Source of the DNA: a virus
Virus record (IMG/VR): IMGVR_UViG_3300042484_003756
Location: 1-64,000 of that record
Reading direction: 5' to 3' (one strand)
DNA length: 64,000 bases
Part shown: positions 27,752 to 37,768 of the stretch, in pieces
Numbering within the stretch: position 1 is the stretch's first letter
Layout of the letters: every line of letters begins with the position of its first letter
The notes under the pieces: generated by a model
Told to the model about the DNA's origin: nothing
Database searches by the model: none
The model's input: the letters and a program-made list of their open reading frames with translations, nothing else
Position numbers and translations under genes: made by a program

Positions 27752-29272
27752 TTATCTTTCCAACTTTACTAATAGCATTTTTTCAATTGATTCAACAGCT
27801 CTTGGTCCATAAATGCTTTGGATTTTATCTTTAAAGCTCTGGTTCGAGTGATATTCATGAAAAGCATCATCTCTGAATTTTAAAATTTGATCTCTCGATA
27901 AATTTTCATGAATAACAGGTAAAGTTTTCTTTCCTAAAAAAGAATATTCTTCATATTCCTTAGGTAGTATTGAATTATTATCATAAGCCTCTTTATAAAT
28001 TTTACTACCAGGTAAAGCGATTGCAGGATATCCATTCCATCCACAAGTATTAAGTTTTTTTGAAAAATCTAAAGTTTCTTGCATTGTCTCCAAACTATCA
28101 CCAGGAAGACCAAAAATATAATTTGCCATAACTTGAATACCAGAGTCTTCAACTTGCTTTACGACTTTTTCAATATCTACATCTTCAAATTTGCCTTTAG
28201 TTACCTCTAATCTTACAGTTTTGTTGGCACTCTCGATTCCAAGAGCTAGCCATTTGATTCCAGCTGATTTGACTAAACTCAAAATCTCAGGATTTCTTAC
28301 AGTATCAATTCTGGAATATGCCCACATTCTAAACTCAGCGCCCATTCCAGATTCTGTAATCAAACTGCAAAGAGGTTCGTAATATTTTTTATTAAGTAAA
28401 AACATTTCATCTGTAATTTTGATTGTTCTTACTCCTAAGTCATAAAGTTTTTGAAACTCTTTAAAAATAAATTCTGGAGACCAAAATCTCATTTTTGAAT
28501 AATTGCTAGCAACACCAATTTCTTCATTATCATTTCTGTTTATAATATTAATCATACAAAATGAGCAGCCAAATTGACAGCCTAATGAAGTTTGAATTGC
28601 AGCATAAGGCGACCTGTTCTCATCAATGTACTCAGCATGCCAATATGGTGATCGATATAAATCTAAAGGCTTTTCTTTAAATGGAAGTAAGTCCCAAGCG
28701 TATCCTGGTAGATCTGTATCCATTTTTTCGTTTGGTACTATTTGTTCTGGATCATTAAAAATAATTTCTCCATCTTTTCGCCAAGCTATACCTTTAATAT
28801 CTTCTAAGTTTTCAAGATTGATATCTGTCTTCAAAATGTTTCTTAATGCATAAACACCTTCATTCATAAAAATAAAATCAATAGATTTCTCTTCAGTCAA
28901 AGTCTTTTTAGGCAGTGCTTGAACATAGGAGCCAACATATGAAATAGGTGTTTTTAATCCAGAATTTTTGATATATTCAGAAAATTTGACAGAATCAGTC
29001 ATTGATACTGTGCCAGAATTGACATTTTGACCATAAACAACAAAACATATCAACCTTGGATTTTTTTGTTCAATTCTTTTTAATCCTTCTTCAAAAGATA
29101 AATTTTCTGCATTCATATCGAGAATTGCAACTTTATAATCTACTGAACGGCAAGATTGAGCTAAAAGCAATGACCAAGTTGGAGGCTCAATAGCAGCTAA
29201 ATTATTAGCCAAACTTTGATAAACTATGTTAGATCCACCTGGATTTACAAACAAAACGTCTAAATTATTCAT
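27752..29272 (-). CDS. cobalamin-binding radical SAM protein
   Basis: N-terminal B12-binding domain (PPTW.LLA), CQFGCSFC, DEMF, GIES, IFGLPGD. Confidence 0.85.
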   Translation of the reverse strand: MNNLDVLFVNPGGSNIVYQSLANNLAAIEPPTWSLLLAQSCRSVDYKVAILDMNAENLSFEEGLKRIEQKNPRLICFVVYGQNVNSGTVSMTDSVKFSEYIKNSGLKTPISYVGSYVQALPKKTLTEEKSIDFIFMNEGVYALRNILKTDINLENLEDIKGIAWRKDGEIIFNDPEQIVPNEKMDTDLPGYAWDLLPFKEKPLDLYRSPYWHAEYIDENRSPYAAIQTSLGCQFGCSFCMINIINRNDNEEIGVASNYSKMRFWSPEFIFKEFQKLYDLGVRTIKITDEMFLLNKKYYEPLCSLITESGMGAEFRMWAYSRIDTVRNPEILSLVKSAGIKWLALGIESANKTVRLEVTKGKFEDVDIEKVVKQVEDSGIQVMANYIFGLPGDSLETMQETLDFSKKLNTCGWNGYPAIALPGSKIYKEAYDNNSILPKEYEEYSFLGKKTLPVIHENLSRDQILKFRDDAFHEYHSNQSFKDKIQSIYGPRAVESIEKMLLVKLER

Positions 29273-29436
29273 ATATTTTTATCTTTTATAATTAAATTTT
29301 TATTAAGCATCTAATGTAAATAAAAATGTAATGTACTCTATTTTACGTTGCATTTTTGTAATTTGAAATTTTATGATTTATTCATTCAAAAAACATTTTT
29401 TATAAGTTATCAATTGAATCAAATTATCATTTTTTC

Positions 29437-30378
29437 TTAAAGATTAGTAAAATCTTTATTCTTGAAATTTGATATCATCTTATAAGCACTCAATAATTCT
29501 TGAATTCCAGCGTCTAAAGAATAATCGCAGAACCATCCTGTTTTTTCAAGTTTTTCATTAGAAACAATATAATTTCTCTTATCGAAATCTTCCTTGAATT
29601 GTTCTTCAATGATTACCAAATTTGGAACATATTCCTTGATTTTCTGAGCAAGTTGAAGCTTAGACATATTTGCAGAAGTAAGACCAACATTAAATGAATT
29701 ATTGTTGCAAGTCTGGTAATTTTCAATTAAATGGACAAATGCCTTAGCAACGTCTCTCACATGAACATAGTTTCTAAGAAAATGTGATTCAAATAAAACT
29801 AAAAACTCATCAGTAAAAGCCCTGTAAGTAAAATCATTAACGAGTAAATCCATTCTTTGACGATATGAAACTCCAAACACTGTAGCAAGTCTAAGAGAAA
29901 TTCCATTACCAGAATCTAGAACTGCTTTTTCTGCATCACACTTCGTTTGTGCATATAATGAAAGTGGATTGAATGGACTTTCTTCAGTGATGATAGTGTC
30001 TGAACTGCCATATTGAGAATTTGTGTTTGGAACAAGAAGTTTTTGACTGCTTCTCATATAAGCAATAATGTCGTCAATTTGTTGATAATTTATAGCTACT
30101 GTTAGATCTGGATCTTTTTTACAAGCTGGCATACCAACAATTGCTGCTAAAGGAATGATAATGTCATTAGCTTCCACAAGATCTGACAAGAGTTGATAAT
30201 CACGTACATCACCAACTACAAGTTTGAAGTTTTTATTATGGCAAAATGAAGTCAACGAAAGTTGCTTGTAAACAAGACTGTCTAAAACAGTAACTTGATA
30301 TCCTTTAGATAAAAGAACTTCTGTTAATGTAGATCCAAGATATCCAGCTCCACCAGTAATTAGCACCTTCTCTATCAC
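29437..30378 (-). CDS. NAD-dependent epimerase/dehydratase (extended SDR)
   Basis: ITGGAGYLG, LAAIVG, YAQTK, RLATVFG. Confidence 0.85.
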   Translation of the reverse strand: MIEKVLITGGAGYLGSTLTEVLLSKGYQVTVLDSLVYKQLSLTSFCHNKNFKLVVGDVRDYQLLSDLVEANDIIIPLAAIVGMPACKKDPDLTVAINYQQIDDIIAYMRSSQKLLVPNTNSQYGSSDTIITEESPFNPLSLYAQTKCDAEKAVLDSGNGISLRLATVFGVSYRQRMDLLVNDFTYRAFTDEFLVLFESHFLRNYVHVRDVAKAFVHLIENYQTCNNNSFNVGLTSANMSKLQLAQKIKEYVPNLVIIEEQFKEDFDKRNYIVSNEKLEKTGWFCDYSLDAGIQELLSAYKMISNFKNKDFTNL

Positions 30379-30776
30379 CAGCTAATCTCCCAATCTTTAA
30401 AATCTGCGGCTAAACAATCAATCTTGTAATCTTTTCTACCACCAACTACTTCTTGAATTTTATTTTTAGCTGTATTTCTAATACCATTCAAGCCGTGAGT
30501 TAACTCAAGGCTGTTTCCTTCTTTGATGCCTTTTCTATAGTTAGATTCATTTTGCCATATATGCAGATTCATTTGTGCTAAAACTACAATAGCTCTAATA
30601 GTTTCAGCATCAATTTTGTTTTTATTCTCATCTAAAAGAAATTGTATGTCGTGGATAATGTCTTTTATTTCTTGAGCATAAGCCTCTTTATTATCTACAA
30701 TAAAAACTTCTTTAAGTTGAATTATTGAAAGGCGATCAATGAGCTCAGAAAGTGTAGGTAAGTATTTTCTAGACAT
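30375..30776 (-). CDS. hypothetical helical protein associated with sugar loci
   Basis: TLSELIDRLSIIQLK motif; coupled to epimerase; TATAAT 6 nt upstream. Confidence 0.6.
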   Translation of the reverse strand: MSRKYLPTLSELIDRLSIIQLKEVFIVDNKEAYAQEIKDIIHDIQFLLDENKNKIDAETIRAIVVLAQMNLHIWQNESNYRKGIKEGNSLELTHGLNGIRNTAKNKIQEVVGGRKDYKIDCLAADFKDWEISW

Positions 30777-30835
30777 AATCTAATTATACTTCGTTTTGAG
30801 CTTCGTAAATCAATGTAATGTATAATTACCTAAGT

Positions 30836-31801
30836 ATGATAAAAAATGTAGTATTATTCAACGACCACGGTATAGGTGATTTGATATGGTCAAGACATAT
30901 TGTGAATTATATTTTACCGCATTTACAAAAGCAAAATATCAGTTTGAGTTTCAATCATAAATACAATAAAAGTATATTAAATTTTAATGAAAATATTACA
31001 TTAGGTAGTTATCGTGATTGCATAAGTTTCATTTCTCCAATAAATGAGCAAAATATGTATCCAATTCATTGCCCTCATGCAAGTATTACTTATGAAAATT
31101 TTGTTTTTATAAACACTTGGCTTTTGTTTTCAAATTCATATTTGAGTGAACTTCGCAATTTAAACAACCCTGAAAACAATCCTGAAAATATGTCTGTAAA
31201 TTTAGTCAATTTTGATATTTTAGCTTTATTAGCAAATGATATTATAAATATTATAGAAAAAAAATGTAATATTTCTATTCCGAAAGCTACTGGAGATTTG
31301 TTATTTCCACATTGCAATAAGAACTTATGCAAAATAGATCAAATTGATAGGTTTTTTGAAAATCAAAAATTTTCTAATTATGTTTTAGTTTCAAATGGTG
31401 ATTCTAGAAGCGGTCAAACTGAAAATTTCAATGTTTATGAGTGGCTTGAACCTGTAATTCAAATGTATCCAGATTGTGGATTTATTTTTACTGAAAAAAT
31501 ACTTAAAACCAATTATAAAAATGTAATTACGACTTCTAACTTTCCAGCTAGGCAGTCACTAGATAATATTGAATATATGAGTACAAAATGCAAAGTACTT
31601 TTTACGAGATCTAGCGGTCCAGGTCATATATTTTTCAATAGAGATAATTGTTTTGATTCTAGCAAAACTATAATTGCATATACTAAACACAAAAACACAG
31701 CTTTTTTGTATGAAAAAGGTACTTGTAATTATATCTGGAGCAATATTTTTACTCAAGAAAATTTAGTTGAAAATTTTAAAAATGTTTTATCTGAAATATA
31801 A
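30836..31801 (+). CDS. putative glycosyltransferase-like (GT-B) protein
   Basis: HGIGDL N-terminal motif and RSSGP C-terminal motif reminiscent of GT9-like folds; start moved to ATG 30836. Confidence 0.45.
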   Translation: MIKNVVLFNDHGIGDLIWSRHIVNYILPHLQKQNISLSFNHKYNKSILNFNENITLGSYRDCISFISPINEQNMYPIHCPHASITYENFVFINTWLLFSNSYLSELRNLNNPENNPENMSVNLVNFDILALLANDIINIIEKKCNISIPKATGDLLFPHCNKNLCKIDQIDRFFENQKFSNYVLVSNGDSRSGQTENFNVYEWLEPVIQMYPDCGFIFTEKILKTNYKNVITTSNFPARQSLDNIEYMSTKCKVLFTRSSGPGHIFFNRDNCFDSSKTIIAYTKHKNTAFLYEKGTCNYIWSNIFTQENLVENFKNVLSEI

Positions 31802-31810
31802 GGAATAAAA

Positions 31811-32764
31811 ATGAAAATTGCATATGTGACAGGTTGCTTAGGTTTTATTGGAAGGCATGTTACTCAATGCCTTTTAGAAAAAGATTTTTATGTGTATGGT
31901 ATTGACAATTGCACTTACGCATCAGACCTGAGTTGCATTGAAATTTTTTCTTCTTATAAAAATTTTAAGTTTGAGAATAAAAATATTTGTGATATCAACA
32001 GATTAGTAGATTGTGATTATTTTATAAATATTGCTGCTGAAACTCATGTTGATAATTCTATTAGAGATAGTAAAATTTTTATTGATTCAAACATTTATGG
32101 AGTCCATAACATACTAGAGCTTCTTAAAGTTTATAAAAAAGAAGGCTATGTTGTTCCAAGATTAATTCATTTTAGCACTGACGAGGTATACGGAGATATA
32201 TCTGAAGGTGAACATTTTGAAACAGACATTCTAAAACCTAGCAATCCATATTCCGCTTCAAAAGCTTCTGCAGATCAACTTATAATTGCTTGGTCTAGAA
32301 CTTATGATATTCCATATAATATCATCAGACCTACAAATAATTATGGTATAGGTCAATACGTTGAAAAGTTGATTCCTAAAGCTTGTAAATTTATTGGATT
32401 AGGAAGAAAAATACCTCTTCATAATCAAGGTACTCCGATTCGTAATTGGTTACACGCAAAAGATACAGCCAGAGCTGTACTTTCTATTATTGATTCAGGT
32501 TTAGCTAATGAAATTTACAATGTAGCTGGTGGATTTGAACAATCAAACATAGAGACAGTTAAAAAAGTAATCAATACATATTATGGAAAAGAAATGCCAA
32601 ATTATGAAAATTTTGTAAATTTTGGAATTGAAAGACCTGGACAAGATGTCAGATATGCACTTAATGATGACAAGATTCGCAGCTTAGGATGGAGACCATT
32701 GTGCGTTTTTGATGATGAGATTGCTCATATAGTTGAATATTACAAAAACAACTTCATTTGGTAG
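31811..32764 (+). CDS. rmlB: dTDP-glucose 4,6-dehydratase
   Basis: TGCLGFIG, AAETHVDNS, STDEVYG, PYSASKA, NNYG, RPGQDVRYAL. Confidence 0.85.
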   Translation: MKIAYVTGCLGFIGRHVTQCLLEKDFYVYGIDNCTYASDLSCIEIFSSYKNFKFENKNICDINRLVDCDYFINIAAETHVDNSIRDSKIFIDSNIYGVHNILELLKVYKKEGYVVPRLIHFSTDEVYGDISEGEHFETDILKPSNPYSASKASADQLIIAWSRTYDIPYNIIRPTNNYGIGQYVEKLIPKACKFIGLGRKIPLHNQGTPIRNWLHAKDTARAVLSIIDSGLANEIYNVAGGFEQSNIETVKKVINTYYGKEMPNYENFVNFGIERPGQDVRYALNDDKIRSLGWRPLCVFDDEIAHIVEYYKNNFIW

Positions 32765-32773
32765 AATATATAT

Positions 32774-33574
32774 ATGAATAATAGAGAATTTGAATGTGTA
32801 AGAATTCTTACAGACTTGGTTGAAAATTATGGACTTGTTGGAATTAAAACAAGTTTTGAAGATGAAGGTGCAAGTTTCAATGAAGTTCTCAGACTTAAAG
32901 AAATTTGTAATCAATCAAAAACCAAAGTTACATTAAAGATTGGTGGTCCAGAAGCCATAAGAGACATCAAAGATTCTATGATAATTGGTGTAAAAGGCTT
33001 AGTGGCTCCAATGGTTGAGTCTGAATTTGGACTTACTAAATTTATTAATGCTGTAAATAACAATTTACCTGTTGAAGTTGTCAGTTCGTTGCAGCTTAAT
33101 GTAAATATTGAAACTATTACTGCTGTTTCAAATATTGATAAAATTTTATCCAACAAGCAAGCTGAGGCATTGTATGGAGTTACTCTTGGGAGAGTTGATT
33201 TAGTTTCATCAATGGGCCTTAATAGAAATTCTGTAAATTCTGAAGACATTTACAATATTGCACACAATGTTTTTGAAAAGACAAAAAAATTAGGCGCAAA
33301 AGCTTGTGTTGGCGGTGCTGTATCTATTGATTCTTTAGATTTCTTGAAAAAACTGCACTCTGAAAAATTACTAGACAAATTTGAAACCAGATACGCAATC
33401 TTTGATCCATCTATTACATTGAAAAACTTATCAAGAGCCCTATTTAAAGCTCAAATGCTTGAATATGAATGGCTTACTAATAAGATGGAATATTATCAAA
33501 ATCAAGCTAATCAAGATGAAACTAGACTGAAAATGATTCAGTCACGCATCAATCAGTCGGCATCTGAACTTTGA
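32774..33574 (+). CDS. HpcH/HpaI aldolase/citrate-lyase family protein
   Basis: KIGGPEA, APMVES, NIET, GRVDL motifs. Confidence 0.75.
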   Translation: MNNREFECVRILTDLVENYGLVGIKTSFEDEGASFNEVLRLKEICNQSKTKVTLKIGGPEAIRDIKDSMIIGVKGLVAPMVESEFGLTKFINAVNNNLPVEVVSSLQLNVNIETITAVSNIDKILSNKQAEALYGVTLGRVDLVSSMGLNRNSVNSEDIYNIAHNVFEKTKKLGAKACVGGAVSIDSLDFLKKLHSEKLLDKFETRYAIFDPSITLKNLSRALFKAQMLEYEWLTNKMEYYQNQANQDETRLKMIQSRINQSASEL

Positions 33575-34209
33575 GAGTACTTGTCACTGGTGGATCAAGA
33601 GGAATTGGTAAAGATATTTGTGACAAGTTTAAAAATGAAGGTCATGAAGTTATATCCCCATCTCGTGAAGAACTTGATTTATCTAAACCTTTTTTATTTA
33701 CTCCTGAAAAGATTGACATACTAGTAAATAATGCTGGAATCAATATAGTAGATTCTATCTTTGAAGGTGAGAATTACGAAGAATTAATGACAGTAAATTA
33801 TTTCTCGCCTTTAAGATTATTCAAGCTTTGTTTGCCTTATATGAAGAAGCAAAACTATGGAAGAATTATCAACATAGGAAGTGTTTGGATTGATTATGCA
33901 AAACCTGGAAGATCCTCATATAGTGCTAGTAAAAATGCCTTACACTCTCTTACAAAAGCTATAACTGCTGAGTATGGTACTTATAATATTTTGGCAAATA
34001 CTGTGTCTCCAGGGTTTTTTATTACAGATATGACTTTTAAAAATAATACAGAAGAAGATTTGAAAGATTTAAGAAGTAAAATTCCACTTGGTAGATTAGG
34101 ATATACAAATGAAGTTGCAGATTTAGTATATTTTTTGAGTATACAAAATTCATATATATCTGGGCAAAATATAGTTATAGATGGTGGTTACTCATGTACA
34201 GCCAAATAA
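33571..34209 (+). CDS. short-chain dehydrogenase/reductase
   Basis: TGGSRGIG, NNAG, YSASK, PG, DGG; TTG start overlapping upstream TGA. Confidence 0.9.
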   Translation: MRVLVTGGSRGIGKDICDKFKNEGHEVISPSREELDLSKPFLFTPEKIDILVNNAGINIVDSIFEGENYEELMTVNYFSPLRLFKLCLPYMKKQNYGRIINIGSVWIDYAKPGRSSYSASKNALHSLTKAITAEYGTYNILANTVSPGFFITDMTFKNNTEEDLKDLRSKIPLGRLGYTNEVADLVYFLSIQNSYISGQNIVIDGGYSCTAK

Positions 34210-35240
34210 ATGTTAAATCAAAAATTAAAGATTATTCTGTAAATTTTGTAAGCTTAAGTGAGATACATAAACTAATTGGTGAAGATTATCATCTTGCAGT
34301 AGTTGACAAGAATGTTGCTAATTATTTTCCTAAATTTTATTTAGGTGATGTTATAGTTTTAGACACAGATGAAGACTTAAAATCATGGCGTGGTTTAGAA
34401 AAAATATTTGACGAATTTGCTGCAAAAAAAGTCAATACACAAACTAAACTCATAGTCATTGGTGGCGGAGTATTACAAGATGCAGTTGGTTTTTGCGCTT
34501 CTGTTTATTGTAGAGGTATTGAGTATTATCTAGTTCCAACAACATTACTTTCTCAGATAGATAGCTGTGTTGGTGGAAAAACTTCTATCAATTATGGTTC
34601 GAGAAAAAATATTCTAGGCACATTTTATCCTCCAAAAGAAATTCTTATTTGCGAAGATTGGCTTTACGGTTTAAATAAAGAAAACTTTTGTAGTGGATTG
34701 GGAGAACTCTTTAAGTTTGATATTTTAAGGAATAAAATTCAAGAATCAAAAGTTAATGAACTAATTTCTGGAAATGAAAATGTTTTGCATCACATTTATG
34801 AAAGTCTAAAATATAAAATTTCTATTTTAGAAATTGATGAGTTTGATAAAAAAGAAAGAAAATATCTAAATTTTGGACATACATTTGGACATGCATTAGA
34901 AATAACTTCAAATTATAAGTTATCGCATGGATATGCAGTTGTAATTGGTTGCTTGATAGCATTGAAAATTAGTGTAGATTTGTTTGATTACAATAAAGAA
35001 GACTTTACTTTAGCATTAAATTTGGCAAAAAATATATTAAAAAATACCATTAATATAGAAGAAAATTGGTTTGATTATGATTCACTAATGGAATGTGTAA
35101 AATCAGACAAGAAAAATACTGGCTGTTTAAATATGGTGCTTCTAAAAGACAATAATCCAGTAATTCAAAAAATTGATGATTATTCTATAATTAAAGAGGC
35201 ACTGGTAAATGTTTATGAAGCTCTCAGATTATGTAATTAA
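34194..35240 (+). CDS. 3-dehydroquinate synthase-family sugar-phosphate cyclase
   Basis: GGGVLQD, RGI..VPTTLLSQIDSCVGGKT, LNFGHTFGHALE, HGYAV. Confidence 0.85.
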   Translation: MYSQINVKSKIKDYSVNFVSLSEIHKLIGEDYHLAVVDKNVANYFPKFYLGDVIVLDTDEDLKSWRGLEKIFDEFAAKKVNTQTKLIVIGGGVLQDAVGFCASVYCRGIEYYLVPTTLLSQIDSCVGGKTSINYGSRKNILGTFYPPKEILICEDWLYGLNKENFCSGLGELFKFDILRNKIQESKVNELISGNENVLHHIYESLKYKISILEIDEFDKKERKYLNFGHTFGHALEITSNYKLSHGYAVVIGCLIALKISVDLFDYNKEDFTLALNLAKNILKNTINIEENWFDYDSLMECVKSDKKNTGCLNMVLLKDNNPVIQKIDDYSIIKEALVNVYEALRLCN

Positions 35241-36939
35241 ATTTCTTCACGATAACTATGACGTTGATACAATTTTCACTTTATCAGGTGGAGGATGTAT
35301 ACATTTAATAGATTCTCTTGGTAAATCAGAAGATGTAAATTACATAGCAACTCACCACGAACAAGCTGCAGCAATTGCAGCTGAGGGATATGCACGTAAG
35401 AAAAATAAACTTGGTGCCTGTCTTGTAACTTCTGGACCTGGCGGAACTAATGCTCTTACTGGAACTCTTTGCAGTTTTTTGGATTCAATACCAGTAATTG
35501 TAATAAGCGGACAAGTCAACAAACCATTAACAACAAATTTTACAAATCTTAATCTAAGACAACTTGGAGATCAAGAATTTGACATTGTAAAGACAGCTAA
35601 AACAATGACAAAATATGCTGTTCAAGTTAACAATCCTGACGAGATTAGATATCATTTAGAGAAAGCTTGTTATTTAGCAACAAATAAAAGACCTGGACCT
35701 GTTTGGGTAGATATTCCATTAGACGTACAATCTGCTCAAATTGATGTATCTAGCCTTAAGCCTTTTACACCAAGCCCATCTGATTACCAGACCAATGAAT
35801 ATGATTATGTTTCAATTATTGAAAGATGGAATAATTCAAAAAAACCATTATTAATTGTTGGTAACGGAGTAAGACTCTCTGGTGCCGTAGATTCTTTATT
35901 TGATTTATTAGATAAGACCAGCATACCTGTAATCACGGCTGTCAATGGAAATGATATTGTCAATGAATCTTATCCTTACTATTATGGTAGGTTTGGTACT
36001 CATGCTCAAATATGCGCAAATAAATTAATAAATGAAGCTGATTTTATCCTTTCTATTGGGTCAAGATTATATATAAGACAAATAGGATATAACTTTGATG
36101 ATTTTGGAAAAAATGCATATAAAGTAGCCGTAGACATTGATCAAAATGAACTAGATAAGCCTACTTTAAGACTTGATGAAAAGATTTGTGAAGATGCTAA
36201 AAAATTTATAAACAATTTGAATGAAGTTTTCATAAAAAAATGTTCTGAAGATTGGTTGCAGCATTGTGAAACATTTAAAACTTTAAAAGTCTTAGACAAG
36301 CATAGAGATAAAAAAGACTTTGTGAGCAACTATTATCTGATTGAAAAATTATCTCAAATTTTACCGCAAGATTATGACATTGTTACAAGTGACGGTTCTG
36401 CAAATGTAATTACTATGCAAGTGATCGAACTTAAAGACAATCAAAGACTTATAACTAATACTGGCTGTGCTCCAATGGGATATGGTTTACCCTGTGCTGT
36501 AGGAGTTGCTTCTACTGGTCAAAAAACATTGTGTATTGAAGGCGATGGTAGTTTACATTTAAATATCCATGAATTACAAACAATGATGCATAATAATCTT
36601 CCAATCAAATTATTATTGTTGAATAATGATGGATATTTGTCAATTAAAGTTACACAAAAAACTTTTTTCAATGGTCATTATGTTGCTTCAGAAAAATCTA
36701 GTGGAGTGTCTTTTCCTGATTTTAAAAAAATAGCAGATGCTTATAGTATTCCATATTTTGAAATTAAAACAAATAATGAAGTTGATAAAGTTTTAGATAA
36801 TTTTTTAAACTTTGAAGGGCCTTGTTTTTGCCAAGTATTTACCGATCCCAATGAAATTTTTGAACCTAGAGTAGTTGCAAAAATGGATGAAAATGGCAAG
36901 TTTATTCCAGGTCGATTATCCGAAGCTCAATGGAGTTAA
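35215..36939 (+). CDS. ThDP-dependent acetolactate-synthase-like carboligase (YerE-like)
   Basis: HHEQAAAIAAEGYAR, TSGPGGTN, RPGPVWVDIP, MGYGLP, GDGS...NN; located in sugar locus. Confidence 0.85.
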   Translation: MKLSDYVIKFLHDNYDVDTIFTLSGGGCIHLIDSLGKSEDVNYIATHHEQAAAIAAEGYARKKNKLGACLVTSGPGGTNALTGTLCSFLDSIPVIVISGQVNKPLTTNFTNLNLRQLGDQEFDIVKTAKTMTKYAVQVNNPDEIRYHLEKACYLATNKRPGPVWVDIPLDVQSAQIDVSSLKPFTPSPSDYQTNEYDYVSIIERWNNSKKPLLIVGNGVRLSGAVDSLFDLLDKTSIPVITAVNGNDIVNESYPYYYGRFGTHAQICANKLINEADFILSIGSRLYIRQIGYNFDDFGKNAYKVAVDIDQNELDKPTLRLDEKICEDAKKFINNLNEVFIKKCSEDWLQHCETFKTLKVLDKHRDKKDFVSNYYLIEKLSQILPQDYDIVTSDGSANVITMQVIELKDNQRLITNTGCAPMGYGLPCAVGVASTGQKTLCIEGDGSLHLNIHELQTMMHNNLPIKLLLLNNDGYLSIKVTQKTFFNGHYVASEKSSGVSFPDFKKIADAYSIPYFEIKTNNEVDKVLDNFLNFEGPCFCQVFTDPNEIFEPRVVAKMDENGKFIPGRLSEAQWS

Positions 36940-36940
36940 T

Positions 36941-37768
36941 ATGAAGAAAATTTTGATTACTGGTAGTAATGGATATGTTGCTAGAAATATAGCAAAAAAT
37001 TTATGTAATTATGATTTGACATTTACAGAAAGATCAAATTTAAACTTACTAGATCCTAAAACTGTAAAAAATTTTTTCAAATATAATTATTTTGATGTAG
37101 TAATACACACTGCAACTTCAGGTGGAAGCAGACTTGAAAAAGATAATTCAGATGTGTTTTTTGAAAATTGCATTATGCATCAAAATATTTTAGATAATGC
37201 CTCTTCATTTGATAAATATATATCTTTTGGGTCAGGAGCTGAATTAGACAGAAGATATGACATAGATCCTTCTGTAGATATTAAAAGTTCATTTCCGATT
37301 GATCCTTATGGTATGAGTAAAAATTTTATAGCAAAATCAGGTCTTTTATATCCAAATTTTCACAACATAAGGATATTTAATGTATTTAATGAAGATGAAT
37401 TGTCTACAAGAATGATAAAAGCAAATATAATTAATTACATAAATAAAAAACCAATAGTAATTCATCAAGACAAATGGATGGACTTTTTTTACATGAATGA
37501 TTTATGTGAAGTTTTAAAATTTGTTATTGATTCAAACTCACCACAAAAAATTATTAATTGTTCATATCAAGAAAAATACAAACTTAGTACAATAGCTGAA
37601 ATAATCAATCAATTATCTAATTACAAAGTTGATATTGTAATAGAAAGCAATTCTTTTGGTCTAAATTATTACGGTGATTACAATTTGCATTTATTTGATA
37701 TGGATTTATCTGGATTGCATTTAGGTATAACAAATACATACAATAAATTAAGGAATGAATTAAATTGA
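36941..37768 (+). CDS. NAD-dependent epimerase/reductase (YerF-like position)
   Basis: ITGSNGYVA, FGSGAE, YGMSK; start moved to ATG 36941 with GGAG RBS. Confidence 0.8.
   Translation: MKKILITGSNGYVARNIAKNLCNYDLTFTERSNLNLLDPKTVKNFFKYNYFDVVIHTATSGGSRLEKDNSDVFFENCIMHQNILDNASSFDKYISFGSGAELDRRYDIDPSVDIKSSFPIDPYGMSKNFIAKSGLLYPNFHNIRIFNVFNEDELSTRMIKANIINYINKKPIVIHQDKWMDFFYMNDLCEVLKFVIDSNSPQKIINCSYQEKYKLSTIAEIINQLSNYKVDIVIESNSFGLNYYGDYNLHLFDMDLSGLHLGITNTYNKLRNELN

Noticed and set aside
34194-36939. Auxiliary amino-acid biosynthesis genes (aroB, ilvB)
   Set aside because: No other pathway genes or ALS small subunit are present, and the genes are embedded in a sugar operon, so those symbols were not assigned.
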